NCBI GenBank assembly: GCA_964492615.1
Contig: CAZBKZ010000006.1
Location: forward strand, 18,712 to 82,711
Length of the DNA: 64,000 nucleotides
Reading direction: 5' to 3'
Source of the DNA: an uncultured Syntrophomonadaceae bacterium
Lineage (GTDB): Bacteria; Bacillota; Dethiobacteria; DTU022
Shown piece by piece: positions 10,225 through 20,126 of this stretch. Below the pieces are notes generated by a model, which saw nothing but the letters and a program-made list of their open reading frames with translations, searched no databases and was not told where the DNA came from. The translations under genes were made by a program, and so were the position numbers. Position 1 is the first letter of the stretch, and each line of letters begins with the position of its first letter.

Positions 10225-12378
10225 TCAATTTTTAAATCTTCGCCATACCGCTATTGCTGTACCGGCTGCCAGCAGAAAGGAACCGACCATAAGCATTGAA
10301 ATCAAGGGCTTAATTTTCACTTCGATGATAAATGATTCACCTGAGCCGTCGCTAACACTTTCTATAGTCAGCCTGACCAAACCATTGTCAGCGTCTATAT
10401 CCTCCAGGGTAATAGTACCCAGCCCCGCAGTTTCAACGGGTATACTGTGCTTTCCCGCCTCATCATAGCGCATTAACGGCATGTATTCAGTAATCTGATT
10501 GTTTTGATGTATTTCAATTAATGCCCCAACTTCAATCACACCGGTCTGTGAGTGGGGTTCAAACTGGAAACCGTTAAATATTATTTTATAATCATTGTAC
10601 TCCACTCCCTGACCGGCAGCGAGCGTTAAGTCCTCTCTCTTTACATCTGACTGCACTTCCAAAGGGCTTATGTATAAATCCCTTGTAATATTGCGATGAA
10701 TAGCCGGCGAACGCATCAATCGCCCACCTGCCAGATAAAGATTTGGCCGGGCGGTAAAAGTTTTTTCTCCGCTTGAAACAATTATTTCCGGATAGTTGTT
10801 ATCTCCCTCAGTTACTATACCCTTGTAATTAAATTGGTAACCGAACGCTTCAACATTTTCACCCCTGGGCAGAATAAGCATCTGCGACTGTGTGTATCCG
10901 GTTGAGCCCAGCACCCCGGCAAAAAGTATCGCTAAACCGATATGGGCAATATAACCTCCTGAATATAACAACCCTTTACGAATTATTTTTCGCAGTGTCA
11001 TGAAGTTTACAACAAGAGCTGAAACAAGGGCAGCTACCATCAGCAGCCCTAAAAAAGTTTGTATACCTAAAAAGTATCCTGCTGCCAGGGCAGGTACCAT
11101 AATATAGAAAAGAAATTGGAGTTGTTTAAAAACCTGCTGGGGCTGTTCATTTTTCCAGGTTAATAGCGGGCAGAGGGTTAAAACCAGGAAAATCACAAAA
11201 ACCAGAGGCGCATTAGTTTGCAGGTAGAAGTTTTCATCCACACTTGCCGGGCTTCCAAATATCCCTGTCAGTAAAGGCGAAAGGGTTCCCAGCATAACCA
11301 ACGCCCCGGACAGCGATAAAACAATCAGGGTTATTGTAAAACTTCCTTGTCGCGAAAGCAGGGCAGCATTCTCCTTGTCTCGTGGAAGTTCTTTATAACG
11401 TCCAATTAAAACTAAGAGGCCGCCGAGGAAAAAGATCAGGAAAAATGAAAGGATAAAATATGACAATGTGGTTTCAGCAAATGCATGAACGGAGAACTCA
11501 GCCATTACTCCGCTTCTGGTCAGATAAGTAGCAAAAATAATCAGTGCGTAAGTTATAATAGCCAGCAACAGGTTACTTTTTACATATAATTTGTTCTGTT
11601 TCTGTGCTATAAGCCCGTGCACCAGGGCTGTACAGGTTAACCAGGGGACCAGGGAGGCATTTTCAACCGGATCCCAGCCCCAGTAACCGCCCCAGCCTAA
11701 TACCCTGTATGCCCAGGCCCCGCCGATAAGTATACCTGTTCCCAGAAAAAACCAGCCCGCAGCTGCCCAGGGAAGAGCCCGCAGCAGACCTTTCTGAAAA
11801 TCTTTTTTCCACAATGAAGCAACAGCATAGGCAAAAGGAAAAATAAGCAGGGCATAACCGACAAAAACTACAGGTGGGTGTATAACCATCCATGGATCCA
11901 TTAAAAGCGGATTTAACCCCATACCATCGGGCGGCACCATTCCCAGGTGATAAAAGGGGTTCTCAAGAAACAGGAAGAAAAGCAGAAAAAGCTGGCCCAG
12001 CATTACAACCGGGACGATAACCGGTAAAAGCTCTTTCTCGCGCTTAATTAACAGGTAACCGGCAATAGCTGTAATCAGCGCCCACAAAATAAAAGTCCCC
12101 TCCTGGCCGGCCCAGAAAGCTGATATAAGGTATTTAAAAGGCAGGTCTATACTGGTATGAGCATAAACATAGTAGTATTCAAATTTATGACTAATCAGGG
12201 CATAAAATAGATATATTGAGGTGATCAGCAAACCTGCCGTATGGATATGATAAAAATATAACGCCCATTTATTTTTTGTCAACTGTTTTGCAGAAACAGC
12301 ACAAGCCTCTCTTAAATATAGTATGGCAGTAATTAAAGCGGCCAAAAAAGCTACTATTATTCCTATATTGCCAATCAT
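10225..12378 (-). CDS. ccmF: Cytochrome c-type biogenesis protein CcmF (heme lyase)
   Basis: 717 aa, polytopic, with the WWD motif WGGYWGWDPVENASL. Confidence 0.8.
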   Translation of the reverse strand: MIGNIGIIVAFLAALITAILYLREACAVSAKQLTKNKWALYFYHIHTAGLLITSIYLFYALISHKFEYYYVYAHTSIDLPFKYLISAFWAGQEGTFILWALITAIAGYLLIKREKELLPVIVPVVMLGQLFLLFFLFLENPFYHLGMVPPDGMGLNPLLMDPWMVIHPPVVFVGYALLIFPFAYAVASLWKKDFQKGLLRALPWAAAGWFFLGTGILIGGAWAYRVLGWGGYWGWDPVENASLVPWLTCTALVHGLIAQKQNKLYVKSNLLLAIITYALIIFATYLTRSGVMAEFSVHAFAETTLSYFILSFFLIFFLGGLLVLIGRYKELPRDKENAALLSRQGSFTITLIVLSLSGALVMLGTLSPLLTGIFGSPASVDENFYLQTNAPLVFVIFLVLTLCPLLTWKNEQPQQVFKQLQFLFYIMVPALAAGYFLGIQTFLGLLMVAALVSALVVNFMTLRKIIRKGLLYSGGYIAHIGLAILFAGVLGSTGYTQSQMLILPRGENVEAFGYQFNYKGIVTEGDNNYPEIIVSSGEKTFTARPNLYLAGGRLMRSPAIHRNITRDLYISPLEVQSDVKREDLTLAAGQGVEYNDYKIIFNGFQFEPHSQTGVIEVGALIEIHQNNQITEYMPLMRYDEAGKHSIPVETAGLGTITLEDIDADNGLVRLTIESVSDGSGESFIIEVKIKPLISMLMVGSFLLAAGTAIAVWRRFKN

Positions 12379-12764
12379 TGATTATTATCACCATCCTGCT
12401 CGTACTTGGAGGGACATTTAACCAGAAGTTTCTCGGCAGCAAACAGACCATCACGATAATAGCCTACAACTACAATACTGTCAGCATGATCGAGGTTATC
12501 CGGCCTCGGACCTTCGTAGATCACTTTTACAGTTGTTCCTTCATCATCAGTAAGAAGAAACTGCAGCTTTCCGCTCTCACGGTCAAAACCAATTGAAGCG
12601 GGATCTTCAATATAACCCATAACCTGAACCTGTCTGGCAGTTTCGGCAGCTTCAGCAATAGTAACATATGGGTTCAGTGAAGACTGAAAAGAATACAAAG
12701 CCAGAACGGCAAAAACCACTATAACGGCTATTCCGATAATCCATTTTAATTTTTTATTTTTCAT
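12375..12764 (-). CDS. ccmE: Heme chaperone CcmE, CxxxY variant
   Basis: N-terminal TM, OB-fold region, and C-terminal LLVKCPSKYEQ where CxxxY replaces HxxxY. Real start is ATG at 12764 (MKNKKLKW), overlapping the ccmD stop. Confidence 0.75.
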   Translation of the reverse strand: MKNKKLKWIIGIAVIVVFAVLALYSFQSSLNPYVTIAEAAETARQVQVMGYIEDPASIGFDRESGKLQFLLTDDEGTTVKVIYEGPRPDNLDHADSIVVVGYYRDGLFAAEKLLVKCPSKYEQDGDNNQ

Positions 12765-12870
12765 GACGTCTCTCCAGCTTTTTAAGTCGCATATCAAGTC
12801 TGGCCAGGTATGAAAATATTCCAAACCAGGCAACCAGGCTCACTATAAGCACTATGTAAATATTATCCAT
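12754..12870 (-). CDS. ccmD: Heme exporter protein D (CcmD), 38 aa, absent from the ORF track
   Basis: MDNIYIVLIVSLVAWFGIFSYLARLDMRLKKLERRHEK is a single TM helix with a basic tail. It sits between ccmC and ccmE with ATGA-type coupling to ccmE. Confidence 0.55.
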   Translation of the reverse strand: MDNIYIVLIVSLVAWFGIFSYLARLDMRLKKLERRHEK

Positions 12871-12876
12871 GGCTAT

Positions 12877-13539
12877 TTATTCATTCTCCCTTCTATTGTT
12901 CTGCTCCAGGTTAATCAGGCGTGAAGAAAGATTAAAAATCCAGGCGTAAATCCCGGTAAACCCAACCAGGGAAGCGAGAAATACTCTAAACATAACTGCA
13001 TTCATCTGAAAACCTGATTCAGTGCTGATAATCGGGTCTGGATGAAGTGTAGCATACACCCTGGGTATTACAAAAACCAGAAAAGGCACTGAAATAAAAG
13101 CAAATATACTGAATACCGAGGAAAGCCTTGCCCTTCTCCCCTCTTCATCTACCGAAGAACGTAAGACAAAATAGGCACTGTAGATTAAAAGCAGGATAAA
13201 AATAGAAGTCTGGCGTGGGTCCCAGTTCCAGAAAACACCCCAGGTAAAACGGGCAAATACAGCACCGGTTATAGTAGCCAGTAGAGTAAAGATAAAACCG
13301 ATTTCCGCATTAACCGCTGCCAGAGAATCATCTTTAATCAGCCCTCTCCTGAGGAAGCGAACACTGTAAACCATTGAAATAAGGTAAGCTAAAACGCCAA
13401 CCCAGGCCAGGGGCACGTGAAAATAAATTATCCGCGAAAGATCACCCAGACCCATTGCCGGCGGCGCATATAATAAAGCAGCAACTATAACCAGCGCTAT
13501 CCAGATACCCAATGCACTTTTTAATATTGTTTTCAACAT
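12877..13539 (-). CDS. ccmC: Heme exporter protein C (CcmC)
   Basis: WWD motif FTWGVFWNWDPRQTS; polytopic. Confidence 0.8.
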   Translation of the reverse strand: MLKTILKSALGIWIALVIVAALLYAPPAMGLGDLSRIIYFHVPLAWVGVLAYLISMVYSVRFLRRGLIKDDSLAAVNAEIGFIFTLLATITGAVFARFTWGVFWNWDPRQTSIFILLLIYSAYFVLRSSVDEEGRRARLSSVFSIFAFISVPFLVFVIPRVYATLHPDPIISTESGFQMNAVMFRVFLASLVGFTGIYAWIFNLSSRLINLEQNNRRENE

Positions 13540-13608
13540 GGCAAACCTCTTTCAGGTAATAAATTGACAACTTCACAATATCTAATTTGTCATAATAAGC
13601 AAACTTCG

Positions 13609-14295
13609 TCAATCTTCCATGACATACGGTATTAATAAAAGTGAAGCAGTTACTACTATTACCAGGTATGAAAGAAGAAAAAGGAAATCAGTTTTAAGCT
13701 CCTCACCACTTCCACCGCCAAGAGCAATACCGGTACCGCGAATAACTGTCAGTAAAACCGGTAATAACACGGGAAAAGCAAGAACCGGAAGTAACGAACC
13801 CCGTGAACCAGCCCTGGCTACGACTGCAGCCAGTAATGTAGTTGCGCCCGAAAGTGAAAGAAGACCGGTGATACAGATTAATATAAGCAATGCAATATTG
13901 CTTCCTGATGGAGGATTCATCATTACATAATAGAGCGGAAGCATAACCACGATCAGGACAAGGAGCAAAAGGGTGTTGAATACCAGTTTTCCCGAATAAA
14001 TAGTTTCTGCAGTTGCCGACATTTTTAAAGCCAATATTGTCCCGCTGTCTTCCTCCTTGGTGAAACTCCTGTTTAAGGCTGACATGGCTGAGAAAAAGAC
14101 AATAATCCAGATTAAAGCGGAATGTAACATAACATCAAGAGCATATATTCCAATTGTAAAACTCACCGTAACCAGTGTCGTCAGAGAAAACAGGATCATA
14201 GCCGTCAGGGCGTGGCGGGTTCTGAACTCATCGATAAGATCTTTAGTTACTATTGCACTTACTGCATTTATCCAGGAAAAGGATGTTTTCACCAT
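13609..14295 (-). CDS. ccmB: Heme exporter permease CcmB
   Basis: Six-TM ABC permease. Probable start is MVKTSFSW; it overlaps the 3' end of ccmA. Confidence 0.7.
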   Translation of the reverse strand: MVKTSFSWINAVSAIVTKDLIDEFRTRHALTAMILFSLTTLVTVSFTIGIYALDVMLHSALIWIIVFFSAMSALNRSFTKEEDSGTILALKMSATAETIYSGKLVFNTLLLLVLIVVMLPLYYVMMNPPSGSNIALLILICITGLLSLSGATTLLAAVVARAGSRGSLLPVLAFPVLLPVLLTVIRGTGIALGGGSGEELKTDFLFLLSYLVIVVTASLLLIPYVMED

Positions 14296-14881
14296 ACTGT
14301 CGTACCTCCTCCTGATCATTGGTTGCTATTATAACCATGCTTTTAGATTTATATTCACTGATGATACTATTAACCACTATCTTTCCTTCATCATCCAGAT
14401 TAGTGTTCGGTTCATCCAGCAACAGCAGGGCTGGTTCATGAAATATAGCATAAGCAAGTTTCAAACGCTGTTTCATGCCAGTGGAAAAAACAGCTAGTGG
14501 ATAATCTATGCTTCCGGCAAGACCAACTTTTACAAGAATTTCACATAGTTCTTTCTCTGTCGGAAATGAACCACCCAACTTAGCAAAAAACAACATATTT
14601 TCCCGGGCAGTTAAATGCCTGTATAAGGCCAGGTCAGGGGTTACCAATCCGGTAACCTTTCTGATTTCGGAAACTGATAGTTCATCATTGTTAAAAGTTA
14701 TTTTAATAGACCCGGCTGAAGGTTTCTCCAGGCCGCAGATTAACCGCAGCAGGGTTGATTTGCCCGATCCGTTTGGTCCGGTAACCAGATTACATTTGCC
14801 CGGTTCCGGCTGCCAGGATATGCTGCTGAATACTTTTTTACTGTTATATATTTTAGCAAGTTTGTTAATTGTTATCTTCAT
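14243..14881 (-). CDS. ccmA: Heme exporter ATP-binding protein CcmA
   Basis: Walker A GPNGSGKST, ABC signature and Walker B LLLLDEP. Likely start is MKITINKL, preceded by GAAAGGG. Confidence 0.75.
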   Translation of the reverse strand: MKITINKLAKIYNSKKVFSSISWQPEPGKCNLVTGPNGSGKSTLLRLICGLEKPSAGSIKITFNNDELSVSEIRKVTGLVTPDLALYRHLTARENMLFFAKLGGSFPTEKELCEILVKVGLAGSIDYPLAVFSTGMKQRLKLAYAIFHEPALLLLDEPNTNLDDEGKIVVNSIISEYKSKSMVIIATNDQEEVRQYGENILFLDKCSKCNSN

Positions 14882-15084
14882 AAATGGCCCTTTCACATTA
14901 TAGTACATCTTAATCGACCCCTTAAAAAGCGTCAAGGACTGTCTTACCTGCTCCAACCGTGTATTGATGCCTGCTCGCAGGGCTGATAGTATTATGCTAT
15001 ACTGAATCTTAAGAATCGTAACTTTTTTGCCATACTGAAAACTGATAGACATTTGCATTTATTATAGAATATAAGGGGTAAAAT

Positions 15085-16005
15085 ATGGAAATTAGTCACC
15101 TATCGACATTTTGCAGGGTAGTTGAAGCAGGAAGCATCTCCAAGGCAGCGAAAGAATTATTTGTCAGCCAGCCTGCTATCAGCCAAAAAATACAGGAATT
15201 AGAGCAACACTACCAGGTCCAACTGCTTGACAGAACAAATAAAGGCGTGAGCCCAACAAAAACAGGTCTTTATGTATATGCAGAAGCGCAAAAAATCATT
15301 GCCCTTCTTTCAAACATTGAAAGAGAGATCGAGCTTACCCGCAACCCGGTGGAAGACCTGACTATTGGAGCGTCAAGCACGGTCGGTAATGTCGCCCTGC
15401 CCTGCACTCTCCTAATCTTCCGCGAACGTCATCCAGGTTTTAATATTACGGTGGATCTAGGCAATACAGAGAAAACGATCAATAAATTGCTCAGCAGACG
15501 CATTGAAATAGCCCTGGTGGAAGGACCGCTCAGCAACGAATGGCGAAAACAGTTTGATGCAGAAGATATCTGTATTAAACATATAGCCCAAACCAGATTA
15601 ATCCTGGTAGCGGCAAATGAGGGTTCATATCAAAAACATGAGAGCATGACTTTAAAAGAGTTAAGTGAAGCCCCGCTGATCATGAGGGAAAAAGGCTCGG
15701 GCATAAGAAACACAATTGAAAATACTATCGCTGAAAAAGGTTTTTCACTCAGCGATTTTAACATTATTTATGAAATGGGCACCAGCAGTTCGATCATTTC
15801 TGCGGTCACTTCCGACATGGGACTGACCGTGTTACCGATTATGTCTCTCAGGAAAGAACTTCACCACAAAATCCTCAAGATGATTCCTTTGAATAATATT
15901 GAATTTTTGCTCGACTTTAACCTGCTCTATAGAAATGATTCAAAAAAAATGTCACATAAAAATTTCATTGAGCTGATCAGCTCCAAAGAACGCGGCTTTT
16001 GCTAA
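15085..16005 (+). CDS. LysR-family transcriptional regulator
   Basis: HTH ISKAAKELFVSQPAISQKIQELE plus a LysR substrate-binding domain. Divergent from ccmA. Confidence 0.8.
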   Translation: MEISHLSTFCRVVEAGSISKAAKELFVSQPAISQKIQELEQHYQVQLLDRTNKGVSPTKTGLYVYAEAQKIIALLSNIEREIELTRNPVEDLTIGASSTVGNVALPCTLLIFRERHPGFNITVDLGNTEKTINKLLSRRIEIALVEGPLSNEWRKQFDAEDICIKHIAQTRLILVAANEGSYQKHESMTLKELSEAPLIMREKGSGIRNTIENTIAEKGFSLSDFNIIYEMGTSSSIISAVTSDMGLTVLPIMSLRKELHHKILKMIPLNNIEFLLDFNLLYRNDSKKMSHKNFIELISSKERGFC

Positions 16006-16042
16006 ACAGCCGTTATGCCTATTATTTTAATTACTACCCGCG

Positions 16043-17236
16043 TTAAATCAAATATCGCATATAGAGTTTTCCGCCCAGCAAAGAACCGATGATAATAAAC
16101 AGGCCAAAAACCCAACCGTGCAGAGAAAAAGAACTGATTCCGCTCCAGAAAGCTCCAAAATTACAGCCGGCAGCCATATTGGCGCTGAACCCGAGTAAAA
16201 ACCCTCCACTCAAGGCATAAATATAGCTTGGCGGTTTTCTGGGAAACCGCACCCTGAATTCTCCATTGAGCAAACTGGAAGACGCTGAACCGATAATAAT
16301 GGACACGGCGAAATAAAGAACCGGGTTTGTCCAGGCATCAGGATCACCTCTCTGTTGAATCCATTCCATAAAACCGGGCCAAAAAACAAACAGGGAGCTC
16401 GCCTGGTTAAGCACCCATCCCGACAAACCGGATACCCCATAGATTATACTCGCTGTTCTTCCCCAGGCGGGTAGCATTACAAGATGAAGCAGAGCTAAAA
16501 GAAAGGCCCCGTAATAATAATTAATTGGACGACCAACAAAAAGGCTTTTAACAACCCCGGGAACATTCCCTGCAATATTCACCCTGCCACTGCCGGGCCT
16601 AATCACCTTTCCCCGGGGTAGCCCTTCATAGCGGACAACCAGGTAATAGAGTAAAGCAAGAATAACAATGTAAACTATAATCGTCCAATGCCAGCCCAGG
16701 TAGTCGGGAATAAATATTATTCTACCGTAATTAAGGCCAGATGCATCCGGGTGACCGAAATCGAGGGATGGCAGGTAAGAACCGACCATAATACCGACAA
16801 ATACCACCCATTGACCGGCATAACCTTCTCCCATTCGCATCAGGCATCCGGATACACAACTGCCGGCCAGGATCAATCCAAAACCAAACAACAGACCACC
16901 AATGAAAGTGTTTAAGCCAACAGGCTGCAGGGCGCCTGAATCAATAAGATCTATGATTCCTGATATGTGCAGAATAAAAAATCCGATGCTGTTTACCAAC
17001 AGCAAAATAATCAGAGCCCGGGTCATACTGCCATTGCGTATCATAAAGATATCCCGGAAACCTGAAGCAAAACAGAACCTTGACCTCTGCAGGAAAAACC
17101 CAATTAAAAAACCAAATATCAACCCGAAAAATATATAAATGCTATAACCCCACAGATAAAATGCCTTTATCATAAAGACAACCACCAAGAGCAAAGCAAA
17201 GGTAAACTGTTTATTCCATTTGGCTGAAACATTCAT
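16043..17236 (-). CDS. YeeE/YedE-family membrane protein (putative thiosulfate / sulfur-selenium transporter)
   Basis: Polytopic, with two-fold internal repeats carrying conserved Cys in Gly-rich segments (RFCFASGF, AGSCVSGC, AAGCNFGAF). Confidence 0.65.
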   Translation of the reverse strand: MNVSAKWNKQFTFALLLVVVFMIKAFYLWGYSIYIFFGLIFGFLIGFFLQRSRFCFASGFRDIFMIRNGSMTRALIILLLVNSIGFFILHISGIIDLIDSGALQPVGLNTFIGGLLFGFGLILAGSCVSGCLMRMGEGYAGQWVVFVGIMVGSYLPSLDFGHPDASGLNYGRIIFIPDYLGWHWTIIVYIVILALLYYLVVRYEGLPRGKVIRPGSGRVNIAGNVPGVVKSLFVGRPINYYYGAFLLALLHLVMLPAWGRTASIIYGVSGLSGWVLNQASSLFVFWPGFMEWIQQRGDPDAWTNPVLYFAVSIIIGSASSSLLNGEFRVRFPRKPPSYIYALSGGFLLGFSANMAAGCNFGAFWSGISSFSLHGWVFGLFIIIGSLLGGKLYMRYLI

Positions 17237-17264
17237 ATTTAATATTACCTAATGAAGCTTTTTA

Positions 17265-17492
17265 TCATGTATTTTTAGTTATGATGATCTGCCAGATGCC
17301 TTCTGAGATCATAGTCACCTCGGTTGGGTAACCATACTTGTTGGCAACATGTTCAACTACATTTGAAGTAGAACAGCTGTGATCTGTCTCAAGAATAATA
17401 CGGTCATCCTTTTTAACTTCTTTGATTTTTCTTTCCAGCATAATTATCGGAACCGGACATATTTCACCTAGCGAATCGATAAGATAATCCAT
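17265..17492 (-). CDS. TusA-like sulfurtransferase (YeeD/YedF-like)
   Basis: 75 aa with CPxP motif GEICPVPI. Immediately upstream of the YeeE/YedE gene. Confidence 0.75.
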   Translation of the reverse strand: MDYLIDSLGEICPVPIIMLERKIKEVKKDDRIILETDHSCSTSNVVEHVANKYGYPTEVTMISEGIWQIIITKNT

Positions 17493-17639
17493 GATAAACC
17501 CCCGTCATTTCAAATAAATATATTAAGGCTGAATATTATTTTAATTAGTCATAAGATGACGATCATAGCTTTACAGGGAACCAGTTATCTGCTATTGCCC
17601 AAATCAATAATTATGGCTATAATTATAACATTAAATCAT

Positions 17640-17715
17640 GCGCCTGTAGCTCAGGGGATAGAGCAACGGATTCCTAATCCGTGTGCCGCAGGTTCGATTC
17701 CTGCCAGGCGCACCA
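17640..17715 (+). tRNA. tRNA-Arg (anticodon CCT)
   Basis: GCGCCTGTAGCTCAGGGGATAGAGCAACGGATTCCTAATCCGT...GGTTCGATTCCTGCCAGGCGCACCA. Cloverleaf with anticodon loop TTCCTAA. Confidence 0.85.
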
Positions 17716-17723
17716 ACCCAGCA

Positions 17724-17770
17724 GAAGGGTTTTGGGGTCATGTATCTGACCAAAACCCTTCGTTATATTA
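17724..17770 (+). terminator. Terminator hairpin after tRNA-Arg
   Basis: A 12-bp perfect stem GAAGGGTTTTGG / CCAAAACCCTTC is followed by GTTATATTAT. Confidence 0.5.
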
Positions 17771-17839
17771 TAAAACAAATTATGAACCGGGAAACCAGAG
17801 CTTTCATATAACAGGCATTTACGAAAGGGCACACAAGTT

Positions 17840-19000
17840 ATGACAAAAAACATTTCAATCAAAGCAGTGATTCTGGCAATCCCCTTCCTTCAGATGAGCG
17901 CAACAGCTATTTCTCCGGCGCTTGCCGATATAATGGCGGATTTTCCCCATATCAGCGCCAATACTATAACCTGGATGGTAACCCTCCCTTCCTTTACAAG
18001 TGTTATTTCGGCTTTAGTTTTAAGCCGTTTGGTGACTTTTATGACCAAAAGAACCTTACTAATGATCGCTCTTGGATCATTTTTAATCGGGGGAGTTGTT
18101 CCATATTTTATCGATAATATTTACCTGATTCTGGCCTTAAGAGCTGTCTTCGGCACAAGCATCGGTTTCCTGATGTCCCTTTCCCCCGACCTGGTTGCCG
18201 CTTTTTTTGATGGGGAAGAAAGGGCTTCCATGATGGGCAATCAGAGCGCTGCCGTTAACCTGGGCGGGCTGTTTTTTATGTTTTTTGGAGGCATTCTGGC
18301 TGCAATACACTGGAATGCTACATTTTTGGTTTATCTGATCGGATTACCAATCGCCTTCTGGATATTTTTCAAGCTGCCGGAACCGAAACGAATTAAACGC
18401 GAGCACAAAGGGAAAAATAGTCTTCCGGTAAAAGTTTACATCCTACTCGGGGGAGTAATGCTTTTCAATACACTTTTTTTCTCGCTGATGACAAATGCAT
18501 CCTTTATGATCAGCGCTGAAAATCTGGGTGATACTACCCAGGCCGGTGAAGTACTAACTTTTTTCACTGTAGGGAGTTTCTTGGCCGGTTTAATTTTCGG
18601 AAAAACTTATGGAGCATTCAGCAATTATACTACTGCTTTCGGCTGGCTTTGCGCAGGAACAGGGATGTTGACTGTTGGTTTAAGTCATAACCTTACCCTG
18701 ATTGTAATCGGTTCTTTACTCACCGGGGCAGGGATGGCAACAACCATGCCCAGCTACCTGATCAAACTATCACACAGCGCACCCCCAAAAGCCGTTTCCA
18801 TCGCCTTTGCTTATACTGCAGTTGCCGCAGGGGTTGGTCAGTTCATATCACCATACTTTTTAGGCATCTTTAACTTGATTTTCAGTCGTGAAATAGGCAG
18901 GTTTCCAATACTGGTCAGCTCTATTTTATTGTTGTTAATGGCGGCTGCTATCTTTGTCAGCACCAGGATCTCAAAAAAAGAAATGGTTGAGCTCAGTTAG
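17840..19000 (+). CDS. MFS transporter
   Basis: 386 aa, 12 predicted TM segments, MFS-like loops. Confidence 0.7.
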   Translation: MTKNISIKAVILAIPFLQMSATAISPALADIMADFPHISANTITWMVTLPSFTSVISALVLSRLVTFMTKRTLLMIALGSFLIGGVVPYFIDNIYLILALRAVFGTSIGFLMSLSPDLVAAFFDGEERASMMGNQSAAVNLGGLFFMFFGGILAAIHWNATFLVYLIGLPIAFWIFFKLPEPKRIKREHKGKNSLPVKVYILLGGVMLFNTLFFSLMTNASFMISAENLGDTTQAGEVLTFFTVGSFLAGLIFGKTYGAFSNYTTAFGWLCAGTGMLTVGLSHNLTLIVIGSLLTGAGMATTMPSYLIKLSHSAPPKAVSIAFAYTAVAAGVGQFISPYFLGIFNLIFSREIGRFPILVSSILLLLMAAAIFVSTRISKKEMVELS

Positions 19001-19133
19001 CAGGTGCAAAAAACCAACCTATCTGCAGTGTTAATAATTATTTATTTAACCTACTTTACACCCATGCCGGGTGCACAATATTAAAGACGGCCCCTTTTGA
19101 AGGGACCGCCTCTTGTTACAGCTTACAGTTGCA

Positions 19134-19439
19134 CTACTCCCACCATTTTTTGCTGTTATCCAGTTTCGAAAATTTAAGATCACTGAAGCTATCAGAATCA
19201 CGGTTCCAGAAATCAACCCACCATTTACCCTCATTTACGACAGTAGTTGTCGCCCAGGATGGGAAATTTGCTTTCAGACGGGCGAACTTTTCTGCCCTTT
19301 CCTGCTCATCAACTTTAAAACCGGTAAAAGCCAGAACAGCGCTGCTTAACATAAAATTAATAATGAAGGCTACGATGATTACCCTGAGCACAAAATATAA
19401 GCTCCTATGTTTGCGAAACATCCTGTAACCTCCCTTCAA
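19134..19439 (-). CDS. Hypothetical N-terminally anchored small protein
   Basis: 101-aa ORF with an N-terminal TM segment and W-rich C-terminus. No recognisable family. Confidence 0.3.
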   Translation of the reverse strand: MKGGYRMFRKHRSLYFVLRVIIVAFIINFMLSSAVLAFTGFKVDEQERAEKFARLKANFPSWATTTVVNEGKWWVDFWNRDSDSFSDLKFSKLDNSKKWWE

Positions 19440-19552
19440 TGTGTTTCTGTTTTATTTCGCCACAACCGGGTCAATACCTGCAAACCTTAATTAATATGTT
19501 GCTCTTTTACCCCCTGTGTTTTTGGGTTATTATTAACGGAGGAGATGATTAA

Positions 19553-20098
19553 ATGCGGGTAATATCCGGTAGTGCCAGGGGAACAAGATTAAAACCTCCG
19601 AAGGGAACTGTTGTGCGGCCAACAAGCGACAGGGTAAAAGAATCCCTATTTAATATCCTGGGTAACAGGGTCCCCGGTTCAACCTTTATAGATCTCTTTG
19701 CCGGCAGCGGGGCAATCGGTATCGAAGCGCTGAGTCGAGGTTCTGATCACTGCATTTTTATAGACAATCGGAGAGAAAACATATTGCTGATCCAGGACAA
19801 CCTGAAAAAAACCAGGCTTGTCGAGCGTGCAAGATTGATTAAAGGTAACGCTGATGCAATAATCAGCCGTTTGAACCGCGAAAATATTAAGGCGGATCTA
19901 ATATTTCTTGATCCGCCCTACCACTCTTCTGACACTGTATCACTCTTACAGTTGATCCGGGCCAGTTCTCTTTTCCACAATAACAGCCTGATCATAGTTG
20001 AACACTCAAAAAACGACCTGATGTGGACAGAAGATTTCACTCCGGTAAAGCAAAATATCTATGGTCAGACCTGTCTCACTTTCATTGCCAAACAATAA
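19553..20098 (+). CDS. rsmD: 16S rRNA (guanine966-N2)-methyltransferase RsmD
   Basis: RVISGSARGTRLKPP, DLFAGSGAIGIEALSRG and DPPY motifs. Confidence 0.8.
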   Translation: MRVISGSARGTRLKPPKGTVVRPTSDRVKESLFNILGNRVPGSTFIDLFAGSGAIGIEALSRGSDHCIFIDNRRENILLIQDNLKKTRLVERARLIKGNADAIISRLNRENIKADLIFLDPPYHSSDTVSLLQLIRASSLFHNNSLIIVEHSKNDLMWTEDFTPVKQNIYGQTCLTFIAKQ

Positions 20099-20126
20099 AA
20101 CTATTAAGGTTAACTACTAACCGGAA

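Noticed and set aside
14985-15010. AGTAT-N5-ATACT dyad as a LysR box in the ccmA/lysR divergent region
   Set aside because: It resembles the T-N11-A architecture but also overlaps -10-like sequence. It cannot be distinguished from a promoter element by eye.
14882-15058. 59-aa N-terminal extension of ccmA
   Set aside because: No similarity to ABC ATPases. The canonical start MKITINKL has its own Shine-Dalgarno, and the extension would overlap the LysR/ccmA divergent promoter region.
19046-19110. Hairpin between the MFS gene and the 19134 ORF as a bidirectional terminator
   Set aside because: The stem is imperfect (GGCCCC / GGGACCGCC with a bulge) and lacks a clear U-tract, so it is too weak to call.
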